DNA of 45,775 nt from an uncultured Rhodocyclaceae bacterium (GCA_964486795.1 CAZAOQ010000002.1:1-45775); one strand, 5' to 3'. Counted from the stretch's first letter, positions 9,445 to 18,915 are shown. Notes: generated from the letters alone by a model not told the origin. Made by a program: numbers and translations.

Positions 9445-10554
9445 TCAGGCGGAACCCGGCATAAAACGATAGATCCGCAACTTATAACCCTCTGGGTTCA
9501 GGCGGTAGCGCAGATAGCCAAAGATCGCGTGAGGAAATGTAACCAGTCCCAGCAACGGAATCATCGACCCAAAACGCACAAGCCCGCGCGGCAGGAAGTT
9601 GCTGACTTTGCAGAGGATGTCTGGATATTCAAAGAACACGAACTGGAAGTAGCTCGCCGTCTTCCGTTTCAGAGTTTGACCAGGATTAACCAGGTCATAC
9701 GCGCGTTTCCACTCGGTGTAATACGGCAGATTCAGGTTCAGGTCGAATGGACGCACGTTGCTCTGGAAATGCACGATGCCAGGCCGGTTCTGCAGGTAAT
9801 CCCGATATTCTTCCCATGAGGCTGCCGTCCAATAAGGTTCCCCATAAGGCCTGAAGTTCCAGGCATGCGGAAGGACTTTCCACTGGCGAGGGAAATTGAC
9901 CGAAATCGCCTCCTGCTCGGGTAGCTTCAGCTTGTCGAAATGCGCCTGCTGCCAGGTATCGAGCGTTGCTGTCACACCGAGCCGCCGCATCAGAGCAAGG
10001 TCGAGCACCATGACGCCAGCGTTGATTGGCTCCGACACATGTCCAAACTTGATCTTGAAGATATTGAAGTTTTTCAGACCGCGCGGGTCACCCAGCAAAC
10101 AGGGAACCACACCCATCCAGTGGCCTTCGAGATTAGTTTGCCAAAGGGGCACGATGTCGCTGACCACGACAATGTCTGAGTCGAGAAATATCACGCGATC
10201 AAGATCCGACAAGATGTCTGGCAAATGGATCTTGAGTGAAACCAGCTGAATCCAGCGCCGTTTGCCTTCGGGACTACCTTTAAGTGTGTGGTCGATACAA
10301 CGAAGGCTAACCTGTGCATCGCCACAACCGGCACGCGAGGCAACTGCCATTTCCGTCTTGCCTGATTCGTCGACATCAATGCAGACCACATGAATGGCCA
10401 GCGTACGACCCGTACGACTCGGCGATTTTTCGAATTCAGTGACCAGCGAGGCAATGGCGATGGCGGTCAGGTTGGTGTATTTCCCGTCGGTTAACAAAAC
10501 CACGTTGATACAGTCTCGATGCTGATAGTCGGATTGGATGGGTGTCGAGTGCAC
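9445..10554 (-). CDS. Glycosyltransferase family 8 protein (likely GTG start 10554; longest ORF extends to 10653)
   Basis: RVIFLDSDIVV (DxD), INAGVMVLDL, WNF, IVHF motifs; GGAG 8 nt upstream of GTG 10554. Confidence 0.8.
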   Translation of the reverse strand: MHSTPIQSDYQHRDCINVVLLTDGKYTNLTAIAIASLVTEFEKSPSRTGRTLAIHVVCIDVDESGKTEMAVASRAGCGDAQVSLRCIDHTLKGSPEGKRRWIQLVSLKIHLPDILSDLDRVIFLDSDIVVVSDIVPLWQTNLEGHWMGVVPCLLGDPRGLKNFNIFKIKFGHVSEPINAGVMVLDLALMRRLGVTATLDTWQQAHFDKLKLPEQEAISVNFPRQWKVLPHAWNFRPYGEPYWTAASWEEYRDYLQNRPGIVHFQSNVRPFDLNLNLPYYTEWKRAYDLVNPGQTLKRKTASYFQFVFFEYPDILCKVSNFLPRGLVRFGSMIPLLGLVTFPHAIFGYLRYRLNPEGYKLRIYRFMPGSA

Positions 10555-10806
10555 AGGAATGACTCCGGTCTTGTCGCGGGTGCGACAAAGAGTTGGATTT
10601 GTTATCTGGTTGAATTTAACATTTTGACGGCATCCCTCAAACCATGGCGGCATAATATAAGCGGGATTTTACCCTTCGCACTTCTAAATGCGAATGCGCA
10701 TAATGTGTATTATGTCAATAAACATATTGTAGCTTCCCAAGTGCCGCTTCCAGCAGCAGTCACTAGCAAAGAAATGTAACACACTGGTATTGCCTGTTCT
10801 AAAATT

Positions 10807-10844
10807 AGCTGCTAAATTTAAACGAACGTTTGAATTTAGCAGCT
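10807..10844. promoter_or_regulatory. 38-bp near-perfect palindrome with PsrA-like core; candidate TetR-family operator
   Basis: AGCTGCTAAATTTAAACG-aa-CGTTTGAATTTAGCAGCT (17/18 arm match) between divergent GT8 and the fabG operon. Confidence 0.65.
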
Positions 10845-10973
10845 CGCTAAGCCTCGGCTTCGACTTCACTGAAACATCCTTGCCGAGCAACCGCATTACG
10901 CTTTTAGTCCTTGCACCGCCTGAAAACAACCAGCGAAACTGACTCACTGACTACCGGACAGGAATGCCTTTAG

Positions 10974-12362
10974 ATGACTGATAAGTACATGAGCTTTGCC
11001 AATTCCTCCGTCGGCAGAAAAATCGTCGGTACGCTGGGGCTTCCGAGGCCACCGGTTCTTGATCGCTATCAAACGGGTGCGCCACTGACCAATGGCCGTG
11101 TGGTGCTTGGTGCAGCACATGGCGGTCCGCTGTTGAATGCCGTCATCAGCGTTCTGGCTACGGCCAGCATCAATGTTCTCACTCATGGCAATGCACCCGA
11201 CTGGATTGGCGATGCCAATCGTGCGGGCTTGATGACGGGACGGTTTGCGCCCGGGACCAAGGTCAAGGCTTTGATCTTCGACGCTAGCGGCATCGAAGAC
11301 AGTACCCAGCTCGATGCGCTGTATCACTTCTTCCACGACACGGTCCGCTCGCTGGATAAATGCGGACGCATCATCATCCTCGGCCGCCCGCCCGAGTCCT
11401 GCACCGGACCTCGTTACACCACAGCACAGCGTTCCCTTGAAGGCATGACCCGCTCCTTGGGTAAAGAAGTACGGCGTGGCTGTACTACTCAACTCGTCTA
11501 CATCAGTGAAGGTGCTGAGGGTGGCATTGAGTCAACACTGCGCTTCCTGCTGTCACCGCGCTCTGCCTATGTCTCGGCACAGGTCATCCGGATTAGCGGC
11601 AATGCCATGCCGGTCGCCGACTGGGACAAGCCGCTGCAAGGCCAGGTGGCGCTGGTTACAGGCGTTTCGCGTGGCATCGGCGCTTCGATCGCCGAAGTGC
11701 TCGCCCGCGATGGTGCCAAGGTGATTTGCGTCGATGTGCCACAGGCTGAAGCCGGGCTCAACGAGACGGCCCGCAGGGTCGGTGGTGTCGCCCTCCCCCT
11801 TGATGTGACGGCAGCCGACGCGCCACAAAAGATGGTTGCCGCAGCGCAGGCCCAGGGGGGTTTCGATATCGTTGTCCATAACGCCGGCATCACGCGTGAC
11901 AAGACTATCGCCAACATGAAGGAGCCACTCTGGAAACTCGTCATCGAGGTCAACCTGAGTGCACAGGAACGGATCAATGACGCGCTGGTCGCCGCCGGTG
12001 CGATTAAGCCGAACGGGCGCATCGTCTGTGTTTCCTCGATCAGCGGCATCGCTGGCAACATGGGGCAGACGAATTACGCCGTATCCAAAGCGGGTGTGAT
12101 CGGCATGGTCAACAGCATGGCGCCGATTCTGCGCGAACGCTCGATCACCATCAATGCAGTTGCTCCCGGCTTCATCGAGACACAGATGACGGGCGCGATT
12201 CCCTTCACCATCCGCACCGCTGCGCGCTTGATGAACTCCATGAATCAGGGGGGGCAGACGGTTGACGTCGCCGAAACCATTGCCTGGTTTGCCAGCCCGG
12301 CGTCGACCGGCATTACTGGCAACGTCGTGCGGGTTTGTGGACAAAGCCTGATCGGCGCCTGA
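10974..12362 (+). CDS. fabG: High-molecular-weight 3-oxoacyl-thioester reductase (FabG4-like SDR)
   Basis: 462 aa with extra N-terminal domain; C-terminal SDR TGVSRGIG, HNAGITRD, YAVSK, NAVAPGFIET; ends CGQSLIGA. Confidence 0.85.
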   Translation: MTDKYMSFANSSVGRKIVGTLGLPRPPVLDRYQTGAPLTNGRVVLGAAHGGPLLNAVISVLATASINVLTHGNAPDWIGDANRAGLMTGRFAPGTKVKALIFDASGIEDSTQLDALYHFFHDTVRSLDKCGRIIILGRPPESCTGPRYTTAQRSLEGMTRSLGKEVRRGCTTQLVYISEGAEGGIESTLRFLLSPRSAYVSAQVIRISGNAMPVADWDKPLQGQVALVTGVSRGIGASIAEVLARDGAKVICVDVPQAEAGLNETARRVGGVALPLDVTAADAPQKMVAAAQAQGGFDIVVHNAGITRDKTIANMKEPLWKLVIEVNLSAQERINDALVAAGAIKPNGRIVCVSSISGIAGNMGQTNYAVSKAGVIGMVNSMAPILRERSITINAVAPGFIETQMTGAIPFTIRTAARLMNSMNQGGQTVDVAETIAWFASPASTGITGNVVRVCGQSLIGA

Positions 12363-12381
12363 AGTGCAGCGCGAGAGACCC

Positions 12382-13257
12382 ATGCTCCAGGACAAAATTC
12401 GCCAGATTCACAAGCTCCCGGCACCACTGCGCCTTTATGGCGCAGCGGTGATGACGGCACGCAAGAAGACGGTTTCCAGCGCCCGCTTGCCCGATATCTA
12501 TCTGGTGCGCCCTGCTGTAACGCTCCAAGCGGCTCACATTACGCGTTACGCTACCGTTTGCGGATTTCAGGCAGTGCATGGTGTGCCGCTGACTTATCCG
12601 CACATGCTAGCCTTTCCGCTACACATGTTGCTGATGGCGGACGAGTCCTTCCCCTATTCCATGATGGGCATGGTGCATCTCTCCAACAGCGTGCGCCAGC
12701 ATGCGCGCCTGACATCCGGATCGGTGGTGCGCGTCGAGGTTCATTGTGGCAAACCACAGGCTCACGAAAAGGGTCAAGCCTTCAATCTGCTCACGCAGGT
12801 TCACCATGATCGTGATCTCGTCTGGGAAAGTGAGAGCACCTATCTGCGCACGGGAATACTCACACCTGATGGCCCGGCTTATCAGAGTCAGCTGGCAGAA
12901 ATTGAGGCGGTTCAGCCCGCCGAGTGCTGGAAGATGGACACCGCGATCGGCCGTCGTTACGGCACGATGTCGGGCGACCTTAACCCCATCCATCTGAACC
13001 GTTTTGCGGCGATGGCATTCGGTTTCCCGCGCGCCATTGCGCATGGCATGTGGACAAAGGCCCGGGCGCTGGCTGGGCTGATGCCTGCCAAGCCCGTCGA
13101 TTCCTGCGAAACGACGGTGGAATTCAAGACGCCACTCTTTCTTCCCGGTGACGCTACCCTGTGGGCAAACCCTTATATTGCAGGCCAAGGTCAGCGCTTC
13201 GAGGTCAAGGACGGCCGTGGCGAGAAACCTCACCTGCGCGGAATCTGGCGTACATGA
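12382..13257 (+). CDS. MaoC/HtdX-like double-hotdog (R)-specific enoyl-thioester hydratase/dehydratase
   Basis: Hydratase-2 motif SGDLNPIH...AIAHGMW; RBS gagag before ATG 12382 (GTG 12364 alternative). Confidence 0.85.
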   Translation: MLQDKIRQIHKLPAPLRLYGAAVMTARKKTVSSARLPDIYLVRPAVTLQAAHITRYATVCGFQAVHGVPLTYPHMLAFPLHMLLMADESFPYSMMGMVHLSNSVRQHARLTSGSVVRVEVHCGKPQAHEKGQAFNLLTQVHHDRDLVWESESTYLRTGILTPDGPAYQSQLAEIEAVQPAECWKMDTAIGRRYGTMSGDLNPIHLNRFAAMAFGFPRAIAHGMWTKARALAGLMPAKPVDSCETTVEFKTPLFLPGDATLWANPYIAGQGQRFEVKDGRGEKPHLRGIWRT

Positions 13258-13820
13258 TGGCTACCGGCCACCGGCGGCAAAGCCGCTTCGCCGACTTCAA
13301 ATTGCAGCCCTGGATGCTGAAGATCGGCTTCGCGATCTATCCCCCGCTGCTCGGCGCAAACATTCGACTAGAACGCTTGTCCGGCGATTTCCGTTTCGCA
13401 CGTGTCGCCATGCGTCAGCGCATTACCAACAGCAGCCCGTGGGGCGTACATTTTGGTGGCTCGCTGTTTGCCATGACGGACTCCATTCTCGGTCTGATGG
13501 TGAAGCAGAATCTCGGTGCCGGCCATGTTGTCTGGGACAAGTCGGCCACTATCGAGTTTCGCAAGCCGGGTCGCGGCCGCGTCTGGTGTGAATTCCATCT
13601 CGACGATTCGCTCATCGAGCGTATTCGCCGCGAAACGCAGGATGGCGGCAAGTCGGAACCGGTCGTCGAGGTTCTGGTATATGACACCGACCACGACATC
13701 GTCGCCGCCGTCAGCAAGACCCTGTATGTTCGCAAGCAGTCCGATGCCCCAACTGCAGCGAACAGATCAAACACATCGACCGCACCCACTGCATCTCACG
13801 AACCCGGAGCCCAGCAATGA
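13254..13820 (+). CDS. Hotdog-fold thioesterase-like protein (DUF4442/YiiD C-terminal type)
   Basis: YPPLLGANI, GVHFGGSLFAMTD, VVWDKSATIEFRKPGRG; ATGA coupling to both neighbours. Confidence 0.8.
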   Translation: MMATGHRRQSRFADFKLQPWMLKIGFAIYPPLLGANIRLERLSGDFRFARVAMRQRITNSSPWGVHFGGSLFAMTDSILGLMVKQNLGAGHVVWDKSATIEFRKPGRGRVWCEFHLDDSLIERIRRETQDGGKSEPVVEVLVYDTDHDIVAAVSKTLYVRKQSDAPTAANRSNTSTAPTASHEPGAQQ

Positions 13821-15094
13821 ACTCGATCCGTCGCGTCGCCATCCTCGGCGGCAACCGCATTCCCTTCGCGCGGTCCAATACGGCTTACGCCGATGCCTCC
13901 AATCAGCAGATGCTGACCGCCGCGGTGCAAGGCTTGATCGATCGTTACAATCTGCATCACCTGCGTCTTGGCGAGGTCGCGGCCGGCGCCGTGATCAAGC
14001 ATTCGCGCGATTTCAACCTCACGCGCGAGTCGGTGTTGTCGACCACGCTGGCGCCCGAAACACCTGCTTATGACTTGCAGCAGGCCTGTGGCACTGGTCT
14101 CGAGGCGGCCATATTAGTCGCCAACAAGATTGCCCTCGGCCAAATCGATGTCGGCATCGCCGGTGGCGTCGACACGACCTCGGATGCGCCGATCGGTGTC
14201 AATGAGCGTATGCGCAAGATCCTGCTCGAAATCAATCGCAGCAAGACAGCGGGGCAGCGCGTAGCCAAGGCGATGCGCCTGCGCCCCGACATGTTCTTTA
14301 AATTATTGCTGCCGCGTAATACTGAGCCACGCACCGGCTTGTCGATGGGCGAACACTGCGAACTAATGGTTAAGGAATGGCAGATTGGTCGTGAGGAACA
14401 GGACCGCATGGCCGTCGAGAGTCATCGCAAGCTCGCCGCCGCCTACGATCGCGGCTTCTTCACCGATCTCGTCACGCCCTTTCACGGCCTCAATCGCGAC
14501 AACAACCTGCGCCCCGACATCTCGCTGGAAAAGCTGGCCACCCTCAAGCCCGCCTTCGACCGCGCGGAGGGTACGCTGACTGCAGCCAACTCAACGACCC
14601 TGACTGACGGCGCTTCCTGTGTGCTGCTCGCCAGCGAAGACTGGGCGCGCGAAAGAGGTCTACCGGTGCTGGCCTATTTGAGTTTCTCTGAAGTCGCGGC
14701 GGTCGATTTCGTGAACAAGAAAGAAGGCTTGCTGATGGCGCCCGCCTACGCCGTGCCACGCATGCTCGATCGTGCCGGCCTGAATCTTCAGGATTTCGAT
14801 TTCTACGAAATCCATGAAGCCTTTGCTGCGCAGGTGTTCTGTACTTTGAAGGCTTGGCAGGATCCGGCGTTCTGCCGCGACCGGCTCGGGCGTGCAGTGC
14901 CACTCGGTGCGATCGATCCGGCAAAATTTAACGTTAATGGCAGCTCCCTGGCAACGGGGCACCCCTTTGCCGCGACGGGTGGTCGCCTCATCGCCACACT
15001 CGCCAAACTGCTCGCTGAAAAAGGCCAGGGGCGTGGTTTGATTTCAATCTGCGCTGCCGGTGGACAAGGCGTGGTCGCCATACTTGAGCGTTAG
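13817..15094 (+). CDS. Acetyl-CoA C-acyltransferase (thiolase, FadA2/FadI-like)
   Basis: QQACGTG catalytic Cys, HEAFA, GHPFAATG, ICAAGGQG. Confidence 0.92.
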   Translation: MNSIRRVAILGGNRIPFARSNTAYADASNQQMLTAAVQGLIDRYNLHHLRLGEVAAGAVIKHSRDFNLTRESVLSTTLAPETPAYDLQQACGTGLEAAILVANKIALGQIDVGIAGGVDTTSDAPIGVNERMRKILLEINRSKTAGQRVAKAMRLRPDMFFKLLLPRNTEPRTGLSMGEHCELMVKEWQIGREEQDRMAVESHRKLAAAYDRGFFTDLVTPFHGLNRDNNLRPDISLEKLATLKPAFDRAEGTLTAANSTTLTDGASCVLLASEDWARERGLPVLAYLSFSEVAAVDFVNKKEGLLMAPAYAVPRMLDRAGLNLQDFDFYEIHEAFAAQVFCTLKAWQDPAFCRDRLGRAVPLGAIDPAKFNVNGSSLATGHPFAATGGRLIATLAKLLAEKGQGRGLISICAAGGQGVVAILER

Positions 15095-15199
15095 CCAACA
15101 GACAACAGATAAGGCGACAAGCCGGCGAATCGACCGGTAAGAATAAAATGGACACTTCCAACAATGGAAGGCCAACAGCAGCGAATTGAGGAGAAAATC

Positions 15200-16936
15200 G
15201 TGATGAACGCAGCAGCGGCGCAACGTTCAGTGTCTCCGACCGTACTGGATGAGAGCGAGCGTATCTGGCTGAAGTCCTATGTCGAGGGCGTGCCCGCCGA
15301 CATAGACTTGCATGCCTACCGTTCGATCAACCAATACTTCGACGAATGTATCGAGAAGTATCGCGAGCGCATCGCCTTCGCCAGCATCGGCAGTGAAATG
15401 AGCTATGGCGAGTTGTCCCACAAGGTGCAGGCCTTCGCCGCTTACCTGCAGAGCATTGGCATCCGCAAGGGCGATCGCGTCGCGCTGATGATGCCCAATC
15501 TCTTTCAGTATCCAATCTGTCTGTTTGGCACACTGAAAGTCGGTGCCGTCGTCGTCAATGTCAACCCGCTCTACACGCCGCGCGAACTAGCCCACCAGTT
15601 AAAGGACAGCGGCGCCGAAACGATCGTCATCCTCGAGAATTTCGCGCACACCTTAGAGCAGGCTCTGCCGGAAAGCCGCATCAAGAATATCGTCATCACA
15701 GAAATCGGCGATCTGCTTGGCGGTGCAGTCAATCTCAAAGGACGCATGCTGAATCGCGTCGTGCGCCATATTCAGAAGATGGTGCCACGCTACCATCTGC
15801 CGAAATTCATCCGGATACGCGCCGCCTTGCAACAGGGCAAGCGCCACATCTTCAAACCCGTCGAAGTCACACAGGAAGACCTCGCCTTCCTGCAATACAC
15901 GGGTGGCACGACCGGCGTGGCCAAGGGAGCGATGCTCACCAACCGCAACATCATCGCCAATCTGCTGCAGGCCAAGGCCTGGGCTGAAGGTCAGCTGGCG
16001 GACGATATTGAGACAGTGCTGACCCCCTTGCCCCTCTATCACATCTATTCGTTGACCGTGAATTGTCTGATCTTCCTGGGGCTGGGCGGGCGCAACATCC
16101 TGATCGCCAATCCGCGTGATGCGCAGCGCATGACCATGATTCTGCGCAAGGAGCAATTCACGGGCATTACCGCAGTCAGCACGCTGTTCAGCACCTTTCT
16201 GGAAAACGAAGAGTTCTGCAAACGCGACTTCCGCCCGCTCAAACTTTCGATGGCCGGCGGCATGGCTATGTCGCGCACCGTCGCCGAGAAGTGGAAGAGG
16301 GTCACCGGCAACCCCATCGTCGAGGGCTATGGTCTGACCGAATGTTCGCCGATCGTCACCATCAACCCGGTCGACATCACCAAGCCCACCGAATTCAACG
16401 GCTCGATCGGCCTGCCGGTGCCATCGACCGACGTGCGCATGCGCCGCGATGACGGCAGTTGGGCGGAGATCGGCGAAGCGGGTGAACTCTGCGTGCGCGG
16501 CCCACAGGTCATGCTCGGCTATTGGCAGCAGCCCGAAGAGACAGCGCGTATTCTCGATGAGAATGGCTGGCTGGCGACAGGCGACATCGGCATCATGGAT
16601 GAGCGCGGTTTCATTCGTCTGGTTGACCGCAAAAAGGACATGATCCTGGTATCCGGATTCAATGTCTTCCCGAATGAAATCGAGGAAGTCATCATGATGC
16701 ATCCAGATGTCATCGAAGTTGCAGCGATCGGCGTCCCGGATGAAGTCGCCGGTGAACGTGTCAAGGTCTTCGTCGTGTCGCGTAACCCCGCGCTCACCCG
16801 GGAAGCGATCATCGCTCACTGCCGCACCAACCTCACCGGTTACAAGATTCCCAAGATGGTCGAATTCCGCGACGATCTGCCCAAGTCCATCGTGGGTAAG
16901 ATTCTGCGTCGCGAGCTTCGCGACACGGCGGCGTGA
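15200..16936 (+). CDS. fadD: Long-chain fatty acid-CoA ligase
   Basis: LQYTGGTTGVAKG, EGYGLTE, GWLATGD, DRKKDMILVSGFNV, VGKILRR; RBS gaggag before GTG 15200/ATG 15203. Confidence 0.92.
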   Translation: MMNAAAAQRSVSPTVLDESERIWLKSYVEGVPADIDLHAYRSINQYFDECIEKYRERIAFASIGSEMSYGELSHKVQAFAAYLQSIGIRKGDRVALMMPNLFQYPICLFGTLKVGAVVVNVNPLYTPRELAHQLKDSGAETIVILENFAHTLEQALPESRIKNIVITEIGDLLGGAVNLKGRMLNRVVRHIQKMVPRYHLPKFIRIRAALQQGKRHIFKPVEVTQEDLAFLQYTGGTTGVAKGAMLTNRNIIANLLQAKAWAEGQLADDIETVLTPLPLYHIYSLTVNCLIFLGLGGRNILIANPRDAQRMTMILRKEQFTGITAVSTLFSTFLENEEFCKRDFRPLKLSMAGGMAMSRTVAEKWKRVTGNPIVEGYGLTECSPIVTINPVDITKPTEFNGSIGLPVPSTDVRMRRDDGSWAEIGEAGELCVRGPQVMLGYWQQPEETARILDENGWLATGDIGIMDERGFIRLVDRKKDMILVSGFNVFPNEIEEVIMMHPDVIEVAAIGVPDEVAGERVKVFVVSRNPALTREAIIAHCRTNLTGYKIPKMVEFRDDLPKSIVGKILRRELRDTAA

Positions 16937-17012
16937 TCGCTGCACGCAAGAGAATCGCCACACGGCTACGTGTTTTATTAATCACAACAAAAAATCAGCG
17001 GAGGAGATAAAA

Positions 17013-17789
17013 ATGAACGAACAAACAAAGCGGTTTGAAAAGATGGGTAATCGGTCGAAAAAGGTATTCGCTCTGCTCGCAGCGACGACCTTGTTGTCCG
17101 CTGTGACGCCGCTTGCCCAAGCCCAGAATGAGCCGACACCGGGTGCCAGCGAGCCGCACAAATACACATGGGAACTCGAGCGCACCGACGGCCCGTGCAA
17201 GAGCTACAGCAGCGTCGTGGCTGGTAAGGAATATCTCGCCGCCAAGGCCGTCTGCGATGTCCCGGCACGAATTGAAGTGATCGGCACCATCCTGCATGAC
17301 ATCGAGGGATTTCCGGCTTGGATGGCCGACTGCGAAGCCACCAAGGTGCTCAAGGTTGAGAGCGAAGACAAGGACACCATCGTCTTCTGGCTGCATCAGC
17401 ACATCCCCATTCTCAAGGATCGCGACATGGTGCTGCGCTCGACGGTGATGGTCGACTACGCCAAAGGTATCAACCTGATCGAAGCCCGTTCGACCGACGA
17501 TATAAAGTACGAATCCGGCAAGAACGTATTCCGCATGCCTTCCTTCTACGCGCAATACCGGCTCGAATGGATTGATCGCGAGCATACGCGCGTCACCTAC
17601 CTGATTGATCCGGACCTCGGCCCAGGCCTGCCGACAGGTATCTCGAACTCAAACATTCGCAAGATTCCGCTGCGCAGCATGCAGGGCATGATCAAGGTTG
17701 CCGCTGACAAGAAATACGTTGAGGCAGCCAAGAACAGCAAATACGCACGCTGGGTCGATGACGCGCTCAAGCAGGGTATCTTGAAGTAA
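17013..17789 (+). CDS. Exported START/SRPBCC-domain lipid-binding protein
   Basis: RBS ggaggag then ATG 17013; Sec-type signal (KKVFALLAATTLLSAVTPLAQA); START-like W...D..W...KDRDMV...TRVTYLIDPDLGPGLP pattern. Confidence 0.75.
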   Translation: MNEQTKRFEKMGNRSKKVFALLAATTLLSAVTPLAQAQNEPTPGASEPHKYTWELERTDGPCKSYSSVVAGKEYLAAKAVCDVPARIEVIGTILHDIEGFPAWMADCEATKVLKVESEDKDTIVFWLHQHIPILKDRDMVLRSTVMVDYAKGINLIEARSTDDIKYESGKNVFRMPSFYAQYRLEWIDREHTRVTYLIDPDLGPGLPTGISNSNIRKIPLRSMQGMIKVAADKKYVEAAKNSKYARWVDDALKQGILK

Positions 17790-18071
17790 GACATCTGGCG
17801 CGACGCAGCGGTCTGGAGCCACCACCAAACTCATCCTGCGTCGCGCTTGTTTCCTGATCCGTATCGGAGTAATTTCGGCAACCGTTGGCGGCGATATCTG
17901 AGAGCAGGCAGCCTTGAGAACGAGCATTCATGCACATCTTGAAGCATCCATGCCCAGACTCAAGTATCGACGCGGTTCTCCAGACTGCACCAGGAAAAGT
18001 AATAGCAATAAACGCGATAAACGCAGCAAACACCCAAAATCAAAAACAAAGAATTTTCTGGGGAGGAGAGC

Positions 18072-18902
18072 ATGAGGAAGGCTATTCGCAATTTCGCACT
18101 GGTGCCGTTGGTTCTGGCCGGAGGTGTGGCCCATGCCGGGGCTGGTGACATGGTTGTCACGGCGGGTTTCGTCAATATTGATAACTCGCGTAGCTACAGC
18201 ACGCCGCAACACAACGAACTCGGTACATCGATCGGGACACGCACGCGCATCGTGCCGTCGCAGTTCGACTCGCCGGGTACGGAGCAAACCATCGGTGATG
18301 CCATCAAGCCGATTCTGACGCTGAGCTATTTTATGACCGACAACTGGGCCGTCACGGCGGTTGGCGGTGTGCCGCCTACGCTCGATGTCATCGGTCACGG
18401 CTCAGTGACAACGCCCGGCCTGCTCAACAAGATCATTCCCCCGGTACAGATGGGCCGGGCGGCGAACAATCCGGTTGCCACGGTTCGCCACTGGTACCCG
18501 TCGGTGATGATCCAGTATTACTTCGGCGAGAAAAGCGACAAATGGCGTCCTTTCCTTGGCGCAGGACTGGGCTTCAGTTTCTTCACCGATGTCAAACTCA
18601 CCGGAAACTTCGACAAGAATCTGCAACAGGCGGGTGCCTTCCTTTCCCTTGCCACGACACTCGACACACGCAACACCACCGAAGCCGCGGCGTCGTCGGC
18701 GTTTCGGCCGATCTACAACGCCGGTGTCGCCTATCATCTTGACGATAAATGGTCACTGGGACTCGCAGTGGCTTACGTACCAATCAAGACCGTCGCCACC
18801 ATCCGTGTCCGCGACAAGACCGGCAATGTGGTGCTGTCGAGCACGGCCGACCTCGATATTCCGACAGTGGCCACCTCGGCGACGGTGGGCTTCAAGTTCT
18901 GA
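18072..18902 (+). CDS. OmpW/AlkL family outer-membrane beta-barrel
   Basis: Signal peptide ending AHA; YFMTDNWAVTAVGGVPP, PSVMIQYYFG, RPFLGAG; terminal aromatic motif VGFKF. Confidence 0.85.
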   Translation: MRKAIRNFALVPLVLAGGVAHAGAGDMVVTAGFVNIDNSRSYSTPQHNELGTSIGTRTRIVPSQFDSPGTEQTIGDAIKPILTLSYFMTDNWAVTAVGGVPPTLDVIGHGSVTTPGLLNKIIPPVQMGRAANNPVATVRHWYPSVMIQYYFGEKSDKWRPFLGAGLGFSFFTDVKLTGNFDKNLQQAGAFLSLATTLDTRNTTEAAASSAFRPIYNAGVAYHLDDKWSLGLAVAYVPIKTVATIRVRDKTGNVVLSSTADLDIPTVATSATVGFKF

Positions 18903-18915
18903 CAACCCAGACAAC

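Noticed and set aside
15653-16963. 436-aa antisense ORF, and similar long shadow ORFs (440-1156, 11553-12395, 38892-39836, 39957-41174, 45027-45608)
   Set aside because: They lie opposite well-supported genes, have no recognisable motifs, and are expected from codon bias in GC-rich DNA.
16707-17012. N-terminal extensions in the ORF track (START from 16707, fadH from 21979, thioesterase from 13161, sucA from 36324, crotonase from 19809, sdhE from 38241)
   Set aside because: They overlap neighbouring genes or leaders; downstream starts have clear RBSs or coupling and family-typical N-termini.
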